Shown here: positions 16,683 through 56,483 of the stretch, piece by piece
Numbering within the stretch: the first letter of the stretch is position 1
Layout: the number at the start of each line of letters is the position of its first letter
Program-made: the position numbers and the translations under genes
The notes under the pieces: model-generated
What the model saw: only the letters and a program-made list of their open reading frames with translations
The model's database searches: none
What the model was told of the DNA's origin: nothing
Assembly (NCBI GenBank): GCA_963693365.1
Contig: CAVNZM010000009.1
Location: 7,669,408-7,733,407 of the forward strand
DNA length: 64,000 nt
Reading direction: 5' to 3'
DNA from: Amoebidium appalachense
Taxonomy: Eukaryota; Protista; Ichthyosporea

Positions 16683-17944
16683 TTTTTTTAAAATAAAAAA
16701 AAAAAATTACGGCCTCCTGTATTCTTCAAGTTGAAACAGCACGCGTTCAATCCTGGAGTTCTTCAACATGTTTTTCTCTTCAAACAGGTGACTTCCTGAA
16801 GACAGTCCGTGAATTTGGCAGCTGCCGCTGCAGCTGAGCTGCGCCGAAATCTCATTTTTTGCTAAACCAATCAAGTACGAGCACTGCGCTAATTGGTTAA
16901 GCACTGGCAACAGCCCGGAGGTTCAAAAATAGATATAATTGGACCCAAATGTGCGTTAATCAGTATATTATTTTTTCAAAAATTAACCTTTTTTAAACCG
17001 CCACAAAGTTGAGGAATGTCATGCGTTTATAGCGGCCATAATCATTAGACTGTGGTATTTCTCCGGCTCATAACAACCCTCGAACCTAGCATTTCCCTCG
17101 TTGTTATCGTTACGTCCCCTTTCCGGAAAACCTAAACAAAAAACTTATTGCAGGGCAAATTAATAGTTAATATACAAGACAAAATTGGAAGGTATAATTA
17201 CAACCCATGGTATCTTCCAACTTGACGAATTCTGCCTATACACTTTTTCTATTTGACTTTAACGAGGACCAGGTCTTGATGTAAACGAGGTCCGAGCTCC
17301 GCATCCCCCGCTTTGTGAGCTCAAAACGAAACTTCCCATTCATCATCGGTGTTCTGCCTTTTTGTGTGTGTGCCTTCTTTCGAAGATTTTCTAAGCTCAA
17401 TCCCTCTGGAAATTGCTTGAGAGGTAGGACAGTTCTAATGTTGAGGTGTGAGTAGTCTTGGTTTTGAAGTATACCAGCTGGAAATTGTAAATAATAGTTA
17501 GAATGGGGTTGAGGGGTTGAGAAGGAGAGGTGGGTCTCAGAAGCAGCGAGCAGTCTATTTGGGTCGCTTGAGATCCCGTGCTGCTGATTGGTGTGCCTAT
17601 TCGACGTTTCTTGGAAACTGGCACAATGTTATTTGTTTTACGGGCACCTGGACTGTTTGAGACTTCCTAGCTCTACAAGACTCGGCTGCCCACCTCGGCT
17701 ACTTAGTCCAAGCTTGCCACGCAGTTGCAACTTCTTGTTGAACTTTGCATGGCTGCATTTTGCCCTCTGCTATCCTTTACTGAATTGCGTAGCAAAGTCT
17801 CCTGAACTTTAAAAATTACACACCCGCAGCTTTCTTGTCTTTGTCTGCCTTTTTGTGGTCTCTTAGTTCGTACAAGGAAATACACACTGACATATGAACC
17901 ACACAGAGAAGTCGACCTTCCCTTCGGGGCTTACATCAAAGAAA

Positions 17945-31864
<13,920 letters not shown>

Positions 31865-32719
31865 ATTTACTTTTTACCCTTGTTTGGAAAGTAAATTCAA
31901 TGGGATGGGGTTTGGCGCTTTGTGTTTGTGTTTGTGTGGTTTGAGGGGTAAATGGGTGTGTGGTGAGTGAGTGCTATGAGGTGGACGGTTGGATTGCAAT
32001 CCGGGAAAGCCGTAAACGGTGTTTGCAGCGATTGATAAACGGATAGATGTTGATTGGAATGGGCTGTGGTGTTTGTGTGGAGTGTGTGTGGTTATGTTTA
32101 GTTTTGTTGTGGTTGAAAAATAGTGTCTAGGTGGTAGACTGTTAATCTATGTGGGTTTGTGCATCGCGGACTTTCGATCACACCACCACTACTGCAGATT
32201 TGTAATGTGCATATACATGCATTCCCTAGCAGAACTTGGTAATCGCTTATGTTACTATGATTCGGCACATGACAGTGTGTCGCTGTGGTATGATCTTAGA
32301 GTTATCTGTTCTTTTGAACTTTAATTGTTTCTTTTCCAATTCATATGTTAGCAATAGCAGTTGTTTGAGAATGATCATATTCGGCATTCTCTTTCGTTTT
32401 TATTCCCGTACCATTCAACTTGTAATCTGTTTACACTGCCTGTTTAACGTGTGTTCTAGCTATGACAGTGCTAAAAACGTTCTCTTTTGTTACCGATGTT
32501 TCTGGACTCAGGTTCATGTTGTTGCCTATAGGGTCAGTGACACGTTCAGAGCCTAAGAAAATAAAAGGGCCTTGAGTGTGACCTTCTGACTAGTACTCGT
32601 GCTTTATTTGTCATTGTACGTGTACGTAGTCGTGTACGTCACGTATTACGGCTCAGTGTTCGTGTGTCACGCGTACGTGCGGAAGTGCCGTCGGACTCTA
32701 CGTGCGCGACCGTCGGCGT

Positions 32720-32789
32720 GTATGCACATGTGTGTGTGTGACGTGTGTGTGTGTGTGTCTGTGTCTGTGTGTCTAGGTGAGAGTGTATT

Positions 32790-32820
<31 letters not shown>

Positions 32821-32849
32821 ACGTGTGTGTGTGTGTGTGTCACGGTGTG

Positions 32850-32919
<70 letters not shown>

Positions 32920-33001
32920 TAGCTACATATATACATCACGGTGTGTGCACGTGTGCGTGTACGTGTGTCACGGTGAGTGTCTGTACGTGTGTGTGTGTGT
33001 G

Positions 33002-33038
<37 letters not shown>

Positions 33039-33130
33039 GTGTGTGTATGTGTGTGTGTGCGTGCGTGCGTGCGTGTGTGTGGTGCGTGTGTGTGTGCGCA
33101 AGCATTATGCGCCTGTGCATGTGTGTGCCC
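32720..33130. repeat. Compound (TG)n microsatellite downstream of the kinase gene
   Basis: TG runs interrupted by tacg/cacg motifs. Confidence 0.85.
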
Positions 33131-33355
33131 CGATGGGTCGCGAGTACGTACGCGTGATATCACCCAATATTCGAGCCCTAGGTCATATAGAGTCGCGGCT
33201 GGGTTAAGGAGGACGCGTACGGCATTACGTAGTCTCTAAGAGGGACCTCGAGGGCTTCTCTGGAAACAAAATGGCTCAAAATAAAATTAAAATTAAAAAC
33301 CTACTACTTCATAGCCCGGACCCAAGCTACACTACCACTATTTATCTCTGCAATC

Positions 33356-33915
33356 CCAATCTCGGTCAGATATGGTCCGGTCACGTGACCGAAGATTGGG
33401 TTTACGGTAATAGAAGAGGGGTGTGGGGGGGAGGGAAGGACTGAGCTGTTTTCCGGCAATAGATAGACCCTCCGCGGTACCAATCAGGTGCATTAATCTC
33501 ACCAGATCTAGAACAGAGGTGTTCACTTTCGGACCTCGTGGCCAATCAAATGTTTGGCAAGAAAGCAATGACCTGGCGGGTCAAAATTCCTGATGATATA
33601 GAATCGCAAACAACATTTTGTGATTGGTGCCTTTTACGTTAAATCTTTGGTTGCGAATCAAAGTTAAATGATTGGTCATAGGTGCTTTACTTGTCTTAAA
33701 GGATAGGAAACGCTGGCAGCTGGATCTAAAACACATGTGATCGTCTGCCAATCACCTATTCAATCAAGATCTGGAGCGAAGTGTTCCGTATTTTGACGCC
33801 AGTGCACGAGATTGCGATCGAAGTGACCAAATGGTTTTGGCAAATTTGTGATTGGCCATTGAATAGTGGAAAGCACTGGCGGTTGGTTCTATGAACGTGT
33901 GGACGTTTGCCAATC
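33356..33915. promoter_or_regulatory. Cluster of nine CCAATC/GATTGG (NF-Y-type) boxes
   Basis: Hexamers at about 33356, 33394, 33480, 33542, 33622, 33670, 33748, 33849 and 33910, plus several GGTCA/TGACC half-sites. Confidence 0.5.
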
Positions 33916-34031
33916 ACTATGCGCTTCAAGATCTGTGAAATCAAAACACGATCGTGTTGGACCTTGGTCAAAATGTGACCGAAAGGTTGAGTCTATGGAG
34001 ATGTGAAGCGGGTGATCATAGATCAGCTGTA

Positions 34032-34254
34032 GAAACAACCCTTTAAATCTTGACGCCATCTCCGATTCGTGAAGTCGCGTTATAGTATTAAGACTATTAA
34101 TTATAAGTTCTACATATTTTTTGCTCGCCGGTTATAAAAAAACTATCTATAGCCGGCACGCAAAAAATCATATAGAATTGAAAAAAATAATCGTTTTACT
34201 AAACAGTGGCTTTACATGTTGGACAGATGGCGTCAAGATTTAAAGGATTGCTCC
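34032..34254. mobile_element. MITE-like foldback element
   Basis: 26-bp inverted repeats at 34036-34061 and 34225-34250 (25/26 match), a nested inverted pair at ~34106-34136 and ~34148-34179, and TA on both flanks. Confidence 0.7.
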
Positions 34255-35868
34255 TAGCGGCGGTTGGATGTCACGCAAGTCCATGGCCAACACAACGTCA
34301 TATTTAGCTCAGTTTTTAAAACTTGTCCCTGCTAATAGTGCTGTTTTGTGCACATAGGTTTTTTTTCAATCGACGATATTTTATCCTTAAACTAATAAAT
34401 ATTAAGTTATTTAAGGTATATGCCTATACAAGTAGTTGATTGAAAAGATTAGGTTACGATACAAAAAGCCACTTGCCACATGCGTACGTGTGGCGGTGAG
34501 TGTTTGCGATCTTTAATACGGGGCCGCAGTCAGCAGTGCATTGCTTCATGCCTCACCGTGCCCCCGCAGCCAGGTTTCGAAAATAATAAATCGATTCAAT
34601 AGAGCATTGACCCAAATATGGAAATTCTGATCGATGCGAATCTACATTCTCAATTTGTATTATACTTCCGAAAGATAAAATATATATGCCAAAAAAATAC
34701 ATATAGCTAAGTTTTGAAACTCTTTATATAAGGACTATTTTATCATTTTTTTAAAACTTAGTGGTCAACGGAAGCTTTTTCTTTTGTTTTTGAGTTTTAC
34801 TTATGGCGATCGCGACTCCGATTTATCCATAATCTTGTTATAATACCGTCGGATACCGGGGGTAAAAAATTGTATACAAAGTGTACACAAAAACTTAGTA
34901 ACCGAGATTGGGCCCAGTCGCCGTGGGGATTCTGGGGAACCCACTACATCTCTGACATCCTGGAGATCTAGGGTAAAAGAGGTCGCCCCTTTCTATTGGC
35001 GAATAGTCACCGTAGATCTACAAACCACAGACACTGTGGCCCAACAGCCAACTCTTTAATAAATATTAAAGTGCCTAATTAAGTTTAATGTTATCAATTT
35101 CATTGTTAAAAAAAACATCACCGATTGATTAGCTATATATCATGAACTATTTGTTTGTGCCCCTTCACCGACGGATCTATTCATGACACATGATGATTGC
35201 GTCCTGACAGGCTGACGGTCCTGTTCACTGGTTCAGTCCTGTTTGTGTTTCACGGTCCAACTTGTAACAGTCATTCTTTTGTGCGGAAGTGAATTACATA
35301 CCATCTCTACCACACTTTACCCAAAGTATATGTATTAGTACGAGCCAAAAACGTACATTTCTCTAGGATAAACCGGTTGCACTCTTTTTAGGCTCGATGT
35401 TTGGGCAGCACGAAAGGCAATAAGGTCATGTCATCAGACGAACATATTTTGGGGCGATCATAAGTAGCTTCGTGCACCCACCTGTCACTGAATTAGAATT
35501 TTTTATGGCACTCTAACTCGCATACGCTCCAAGAATAAAGGAAAGTACGAGAATTCAAAAGAAAAACTGGCTCATTTTGGTCCTGAAGTTCAGATCTGCA
35601 CCAGAAACCCAACTTGAGCTCATTCCAGTGGCGGTAGGGTTGGTAAGGCACGGGTGGCCATCTGTCCTACTGAATGGACACACGATGTTTTTGTAGCTGG
35701 GATTATTAAAATCAATTTACTTGCCGGCTGCCTCCATCCATTTCTGGGTTTATTCTGGGAGTGCCCGAACATTCCTTGCACTCGCCATTCCCGCACACAA
35801 ATTCTAATTTCGAGATCTTCGCTTCGACCTTCAAAGCAGTTTTCGCTTCTTTTGAGTTGTGTGAGAAA

Positions 35869-36903
35869 ATGAAGTGTTTATTAAAAGAAGCGGTGCTTCT
35901 TGCGTGTGTCTTACTTGCACATGCCCAAGGCCTTTTTCCATTTGTAATGACCGAGTTCTGCATGTCTTCGCCCTATGGCTATGCATTCTCGACGCAAAAT
36001 ACAACGGATGCAGATGTTACACCACCACCAATACCTATACCAATGAACAAGACATCTGGAAAATGTCTGTATCCAGGAAGGAGGGACACAAACGGGCAGT
36101 ATGCGAATTTTGGGAACATGTCCTCGAAGCACTACTTGGCAATTTACGCACCCCCCCAAAATCAGAGCTTGGGGTGTGCTCCTCTTGATAGAGCACCCCT
36201 TTGGCTTGAGGAGTACCCGAATGGGTTTGCAGTCCTTTTGCTGCGGGGAAACTGCACGTTTGTGGAGAAGGCGCAGAATGCGATCAGGATCGGTGCAAAG
36301 GTAAGAAAAGACAATCCCTATTTCTTGGACCACGGAAATATGAACTTCTGGGGTTTATTAAAAGTACATCATCGTGCAGGATCTACAACTTGCATTTTGT
36401 CGTGTGCACAGTACATGATAGCCGACAACAAGACTTTCTTTTTTCTCTCACAAATTAAGGCAAGGGGAGGGAAGAAGGGTTTGTGGCCGGGGGTGGGGGG
36501 GGGGGGGGGAGAGGGGGAAGGGAGGGGGGGGGGGGGGGGGGGGAGGGTTGCCTACCGAGAAATCGGTGTGTTTGGCACAAAACAAAACATGTCCTGTGTA
36601 GATGGTGTTGTGCATAGCCTGTGCAAGTGATCTGTTCTGTGTGCTTTTGGTTGAATGTTTATGTGCACGCCAGATTTCACACACATACCATGCCGCCCCT
36701 ATCTCCCCCCTCCCCCCTCCCCCCTCCCCCCAACTGAATGCCCTATGCATGCCTAAACGGGGTGAGCACCGAATTTTACACCTACACACACACTGTGTAC
36801 ACAGGCACATATACGCACACACACACATACATACAGACACATACACGCACATGCACACACCACACAGTGTGTGCATGTGCGCACGTACTCGCGCGCACAC
36901 ACA

Positions 36904-36940
<37 letters not shown>

Positions 36941-37180
36941 ACAAACATATACACACGTGCACGAGGACACACGCACACACATGCACATAAACACGCACGC
37001 TCATGCGTACAGGTTCCCACACGGGCGGGCACACGTGCATTATGCGCACGCACACACATACACACCACCACCGCCCCCACCACCGCCAACACCACCAGCA
37101 CCACTACCATTCCAACTTTCAGCTCCTATATACGAGTATTTTACCGCATTCCAACCGCCCCTTCCCGCCCCCATCTGCAC

Positions 37181-37276
<96 letters not shown>

Positions 37277-37442
37277 CACACACACACACACATGCACACA
37301 CACACACACATGCACACCGACGTTGTTCGCTTTCTTTTTCTTTCTTTCCCACCTTTCTTTTTTTCCTTTTTTTTTTATTATGTTTCATAGCAAGTGTGCC
37401 CATGTAACCCTTCTCCTCCTGCTCACGGCAAATTGCTAGAAT

Positions 37443-37477
<35 letters not shown>

Positions 37478-38134
37478 ACAAACTAACAATTTGACCCCCA
37501 TTAACAGGCGGTTATTTTTGGCAACAATCCGGGCCTGCCCATGGCGTCCCCAAGCTCGGATTCGGAAAATCTAAATCTCCCGATTACAGCCCTGATTATT
37601 ACGTGGTCGGAATTCGATTTTCTAAAAAAGGCGGCGTCCTATCGCAGCTACAACGCCACAACATCGATTCTGGCTGCGGAAATGGTCGCTCCAAGTGTTT
37701 TTCATATGTTGATGCCCGTCCTAATTCCGACCGTTTTGGGCACGATGGGCGCAGCGTTGGGGGTTTTGTTGGGAATTTACGCGTATTTTAAGATTCGGCA
37801 ACTTAGGTGGGAGAGGGCGCAGAGGGAGAGGGCTTTGGGGGAAATCACGAGGAATAAGGAGGCAATGAGAGAACTGAAGACGAAAATGTACAAAAAGCCG
37901 ACGCTGGATTCAAACCCTGATGGTGGGTTATATGGCCTGTGTGTTGTAGCTCATTTTTTCTCCTTAAAAATCTTTAATTCTTTTTTCCTTCTTTTTTTCT
38001 TTGCCCTCTGTCTTTCTTTTTTTTTTTTTTCGTTCGTTTTATGGTTGGGTGAGGCGGATGGGATGGAAGGGGTTGTGCTATGGTGTCACTGGGGATAGAG
38101 ATGGGTTTTTTTTTGTTTTTGTTTTTGGCAGGCA

Positions 38135-38175
<41 letters not shown>

Positions 38176-38259
38176 GGGGGATGGAGGGGTAAATGAGGTT
38201 TGGTTGTGCGTGGGTGGGGTTCTGTAAAGCAGAAAGAGGATGTTTGGGCACGGGGAAGT

Positions 38260-38323
<64 letters not shown>

Positions 38324-38558
38324 GGGGTAATTGGTGGACGGTTGTGGGGGTGAGAGGAGGGAAGTGTTAGGGGGGGGGGGGGGGGGGGGGAGTTTCCCGT
38401 TTGAGAAGAGGCACACACACGGCACACGCGCGCGCACTCGCACACACGTATGCACACAAAAAAAACACACAATATACACATACACACTCACTCACTCACT
38501 CACTCACTCACTCACTCACTCACTCGCTCGCTCACTCACTCACTCAAACACACCCCAC

Positions 38559-38601
<43 letters not shown>

Positions 38602-38653
38602 ATACCCCCCCGCCTCCCACCCCCACCCACCCACCCATACACACACACACACA

Positions 38654-38720
<67 letters not shown>

Positions 38721-39314
38721 ACACATACACACACAGCGCCGGACGAGACCTTTTGCAGTGGGTGTGCAGTCTGTCTGGAGGAATTTGAAACGGGTGAATC
38801 CGTTAGGGAGCTACCCTGCCATCACGTTTTCCACACGGCGTGTATCGACCCATGGCTAGAAAAGAAGGCCACTTGCCCAAACTGCAAATATAACATAGTT
38901 TCAAAAAGGTATGAACCAATCAACTTGAAGGATGGGCAACCGGCGCTCGTGTCGACAGCCAATAGCGAGCGGGTAGGAGGAGACGCGGACAGTACTGTAA
39001 CCATGGAAACACCAATAGGGATGGGAGATGCGGGAACAGGTAACGTTACGGATCGTACAGATCCAACGGAGGAGGAAAGTGTGATTGAGGTGCGATCGCC
39101 GACCCCTAAGACTGAATCGCGACGGAGTGAACCGATTGCAGAGGTAAATCTCAGATCGAGCGACTCAGAGATCAGATCGGTTGATCGGATTGAGATCGAG
39201 ATCGGATCATGTGGCGCTAATTCCACCACACTACCCAGTACTGAACTGACCAATGAAACGCATGAAAGTGGTTTTACGGTTGTGGAGATGTCGGTTGCCG
39301 CACAACCCAGATAG
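35869..39314 (+). CDS. PA-TM-RING E3 ubiquitin ligase (RNF13/RNF130/Goliath family), 474 aa
   Basis: Exons 35869-36300, 37508-37922, 38737-39314. Signal peptide; PA domain ([32 protein letters not shown]); TM ([24 protein letters not shown]); RING-H2 [29 protein letters not shown]. Confidence 0.92.
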
Positions 39315-40329
39315 GTCCGTTAACGGGAATGCCGTTACAAGCACTCCGAATCTCATGGTCTTTTCTTTTCTCTCTTTCTTTTTTTCAATTCCCTTAAAAA
39401 AAAAACATGGTTTTTGTCTTGCTTTTTGTTTTGTTTTTGTGTTTTGTTTTTGGTTTGTCTATAGGTGATTTTCCAATCTACCATATCTCAGTATAGATGT
39501 TTGAATGACGACTCTTTCCAAGTATGTATATGATATATGTTGGCTCAGGCAACCATAGCCCTAGTTTGTCTCTGAATGTCCATGAAATCTGATATATGAG
39601 AATGACCGTTGATTGTGATGACGGATGATGCTTATATTGTTGTTGAAACTACTATTTGCACAACTGAAGATAGCGGTTTCAATTTTAAATTTAATTTTTG
39701 GTGAGCACTTATGATTGGTGGTTGGCGAGGTTGTACATATATGGGGCCGGGACCCAGGAGGATTACGGAGGGTACATGTGGTGGTGGTGGGTAGGGGCGT
39801 GGGTGCGTGTGTGTGTTCGTGCATGCGCGCGCGCATGCGTGCGTGTGTTGCGTGCGTGCGTGCCTGCATGTGTGCATGTAAGTGTGTGCGTTTGGGGAGG
39901 CATGCAGGGTTGGTTTGCTCCTGAGATGTTGTATAATATACGCTAAAATTAGGGTATGTGTGCGTACGTGTATGGATGCGTGCATGCACGTGGAAGGGCA
40001 GTACGGGATTCCATTTTGGTACAGATGTTGTATAAAATGACGCTAAAACTTGAGCCATACATACACAACATATGTACACTATGAAATATCACAGCTGTGC
40101 CTGTTTTTTTTTTTATTGGATCTCGATCAACATTGTAACCCGGTCCCAATCCCCCCCCCCCCCACAATTGCACACACACATAACGTGGGCTACCCCTGAG
40201 GATGGGTTATGCTAAGTTATTAGGCACTATTGAAAGAACTTCGAATGCACGGTGAGCCCAGGCCGGGGACGGACATACGAACTGCTGAAATAACTAAGAT
40301 GAGTTGGAATATCACAAGGAACGAGAAGT

Positions 40330-40915
40330 CACGCATGATCGCACTGATTTAGCCAAATATGGAAATTTGGGCGAGAAGTTTTGGCGCGCAATAAGAAATT
40401 TTTTATACAACAATGAAAAAGAAAAGCCGGAATATTGGTGCACATGTCAATAAATCCGTCCGAGTATGCAGGCATGAAATGAGCGCATAAATCACGTACA
40501 GATGACCATACCCAAATATAGAAATATTGGCGGCTAGTATACGCACTGATTACCAACACATTGCTGGAAGTCTGTGTGTAACCTATATTAGCCACACTCT
40601 GAGATGTACACACCATGGCCAAGCACCCTTACAATAAAGCTTGAATCACGGCATGGGTTGCACCTAATCACTGATGCATGACAGCAACACTTGTGTGACC
40701 ATGACCATAACTCTTAGCTTAATTTTTTTAAAATAGCATGTTAAATGCAACGCAAGTTACCAGTCATGCATGCATGTATCCACTTGGGCCGTGAAGATTA
40801 CGTGATACTGAATCAGTAATATTCCTACTGTGTGTTTCTGGTCGTTTTAATATCGTTTTATTATTATTTAAACCCTTTTTCTTTCTGCGCGCCAAAACTT
40901 CCTGCCAATATTTCT
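40330..40915. mobile_element. Non-autonomous TIR element remnant (~580 bp)
   Basis: gaaatttgggcgagaagttttggcgcgca (40362-40390) is inversely repeated as tgcgcgccaaaacttcctgccaatatttc (40886-40914); a third copy lies at ~5590. Confidence 0.6.
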
Positions 40916-40921
40916 AAAAAT

Positions 40922-40967
<46 letters not shown>

Positions 40968-42490
40968 GTACAAACGCACCATAGCCATAATAAAGTACAT
41001 ATTTATAACTGACAACACAATGCAGAGTGGCCACACATGTACCGTGACATAGAATACTAATCATACGCATAATTATAAGCAAAGCCCATCCTTATACTGT
41101 AACTAGCTATAGGGAATGCCCAAGTCATCCACGGTACCCAAGTTTCGACCCACTCAATTAACGATAGCGCTAGCTCAGCACGTATTGCTTCATGTGATCA
41201 AATGAACATGGGTACTATGGGTCACCCGTCTTGCAATTGGTCAGAGGCGAGAAGGGTACTTATGCGAGCAGCTAGGCAACGTCACTTGTGGTGGTGGTTG
41301 GGGCGAGGGTGGGGACCAAAATATAAAATCGTAATGCAACGTGCAAGTTGAACTGCAGCAGATATTCGCGATCGAAGGGTGATGACGCGTACGAACAGAA
41401 CTTCAAGAGGGAAACGAAAACAAAAAAACAAAACAAAGCTAATGGGAAAAAAAAAAATAAAAAAAAATGGAGAGAAAGTCTGAGAGAACTCTCGAGCTCT
41501 AATACTAGAGAGAGAGAGAGGGACATGCGTGGCGCGCACATGTGTGTGTTTGGGGGGGGGGGGGGGGGGATGTGTGTAAGCCTTGTGAAGCAGGGGGGGA
41601 GGAAGGGAGCGGGGTGAGAGAGGGCGGAAGAGCGAGCGAGAGAGAAAGAGCACGTACACCGTGCCTCATGAATACAGGGGGAGAGCCTCGGGAGAGGGTC
41701 GGGGGGTGTGATCACAAAGATTGAACCTTCTGGCTGCGATCATTTTCGTAATATGTTTTTATCTACATCCACCACCACCACACCACACGTGTCACGTGCA
41801 GCGCTGGTAGCAGAGCCAACATACATCATTGGCTCAATGTCATGCAAGAGCTGTAACCAGATAGATGATTGGCCGCTTGATCCTGGAATGTACTTTCTGC
41901 CTGTATTCCATGCACGCAAATATAAGGAATGAATGAGAAGACAAAAGTACCATCGGGTAACAGTGGCAAAAGCCTCTAATCTGAAAAAAACAAAATACAA
42001 AAAACTACCGTATACAACCAGAATTATCTGAATATGAATATGATATCTCTTTGTACTCTTGTATGGGTACAAAAGCTTGGCTAAACATGCATATCATTCA
42101 CCATATGCAACGTGTGTCTGTGTGTGTATGTGTGTGTGTGTGTGATTATGCTAATCGGAAGCCAAGTAGCCTAAATCAGTATGCACTACCGGACAAAAGC
42201 ATACATACTTGTTGTGTGAGTACATGTAAAAATGATGTAGAATAAATAAATAAAAATAAAAACCTCTGAAACAAACAAACAAACAAACAAATAGAAAAAG
42301 CCGAAACCACTAAACCAATACAAGCTTGACGTGAGTGGACAGGAAGAAGAAATTCCATACACGCCCTTCCCCCACAACTCCGCCCATAACAGACTGGAGT
42401 CAAGAGAGGGACACACTCACACAAGTGCAAAACTACACAAACACAACACCAAAAACATAAAAAAAAACTAAATGAAAAACACCGTATTTT

Positions 42491-52138
<9,648 letters not shown>

Positions 52139-52827
52139 GTTCTACCCAAGCACCTAAATGCTAAGCACGAAAAGTCTGCTACTTCGCACAATGGAATCTC
52201 GCTCCGGACAAGTGATCTGGGAGCGAGCGGGATGATGCGGTCCAGAAAAAAAACTGGAACAAAAACTTGAAGTGTGACGCGCAGTTGTCAAGAACAAGCA
52301 CATTTGCCCCCCCTCCAAGGATGCACATGTGGCGCGAACGCCCGATTCAAGAGTCGGACAGCTGATTGGATTAAAATCACGCGTGCGATGCCCACATGAC
52401 GGGATTTAGTCTGACTTACGTTGGTGGTGACGACGTAGTTCCTAGGATGGTTATGAGGGGAAGCGTGGGAGATTTGTCAAAGGTTGTCGCTTTAGACTAC
52501 AAGCAAACTGTAAGCCGCACGGAAACTTTGAGCGATCGAAACGGTGCACGTGCGTTTTTTTCCAACTGTTCTTTTCCTGTTTTCTGTTTCAAGCTGGTCA
52601 CCAGGTCTATGCATGTGGTCGGAGCTTTGACGTTGTAAATCTACAGAACTGCAACAAAATCACTCTCCTCTTGTCACTTTCCCCAGCTTTATTAGCTACA
52701 TTTCTCTCGAATACGGAGTATAAAACATCAGGGGGCAGTCGTGTCGGATCTTGTGCTTTCTATAACCAACCTACATAGTGCTTTCTAAAACAAACATAGA
52801 TCTTCAGTTCAATTTCTCACCGCAGAC
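52139..52827. promoter_or_regulatory. Bidirectional promoter region between eIF3d and the AROS-like gene
   Basis: Divergent ATGs ~690 bp apart; the region is microsatellite-free, with GATTGG near 52364 and CACGCGTG near 52378. Confidence 0.6.
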
Positions 52828-55240
<2,413 letters not shown>

Positions 55241-55332
55241 ATAAACCGAATGCGAGATATAAATATATATCTAGGGGGGCTCAATGGGATGGAGTGACAT
55301 GGTATGAAGTGGCAGGATAACTCGATTATAGT

Positions 55333-55370
<38 letters not shown>

Positions 55371-56396
55371 GTTGCTTTCTTTTTCCGCCTGTCTTACTGG
55401 AGGTTTCATGATTTGGAGATCGGTCGGTTTGCTAGGCAAGAAACGAATGAATGCGCTTTTCCTGTAATTTCGAGCCAATTGTGCTTGTGCTGTAATGCTA
55501 ATAATAGCACACGAAAACAAAACAACATTCACTGAAAAAAAATGGAGAGATAACGTGTTTATATCTCCACATATGATGTATGTCCTGTAACGTCGTTTTA
55601 ATGTGCATCTTGTTGGATGGAAGTACTGTTGGCCTTGGATGCCATCGATATCACCTCATCACAGCCCACGTACGTGTCCACATCAAAACAGCACATATAT
55701 TCCCCCAAAACAAACTGCTCGTGTGCGCATGCACACAAGTAGAGGGAGACACACACACACACACACACGCACACACACACATACGCACACGTGCAACCGT
55801 CGTGAGTTTACTTCGTGCAGTACTCGAGAGGACAGTAAATACATTATAAATCCCCCCCAACAACAACAACAACAACCCCAACCCACCACCACCGTCCACA
55901 CACACACACGTAGGTACATGTGCCTGTGCATGTGTGGACACAGAATGAGCGCCACTTGTCACAGGAAGACTACGTACGTACATATGCGCATGCGTTGCCA
56001 GGCCGGCTGAGAGTCTCCGGAATTGACTTTCTTGCCCAAGACCTGCAGGCAGTACTCAAAATGATGATGATTCAACACACTGTCAGTAATCATAGGCATT
56101 CATGATATAAATGACCAACCTGAGACTCTGAGATGTGTGGTTGGCCTTAAATTTAAAATTCCGGGCCTTGCGTTTGCCATTGCTCCCCTTCCCCTTAATT
56201 TTCGTACCCGGCTGAGGGTGCACTGGCTCTACCGTAGCTACAAATGGCTCACTTAGTGTCCACGTACGTGCTAATGTGCGAGTGCGAAGCCTTGCAATTG
56301 TCATTTTGCCATGTTTGAGTTCCGAATCATATTGCTACCCCTTCCCTTCCCAGGCGCCCCCCAGGTGTCACGGTGTGTGTGTGTGTGACACTGTGT

Positions 56397-56432
<36 letters not shown>

Positions 56433-56452
56433 GTGGTGGTGGTGGTGGTGGT

Positions 56453-56483
<31 letters not shown>

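Noticed and set aside
33335-35000. Large inverted repeat between 33.35-33.42 kb and 34.9-35.0 kb
   Set aside because: The two short matches are in the wrong relative order for one inversion.
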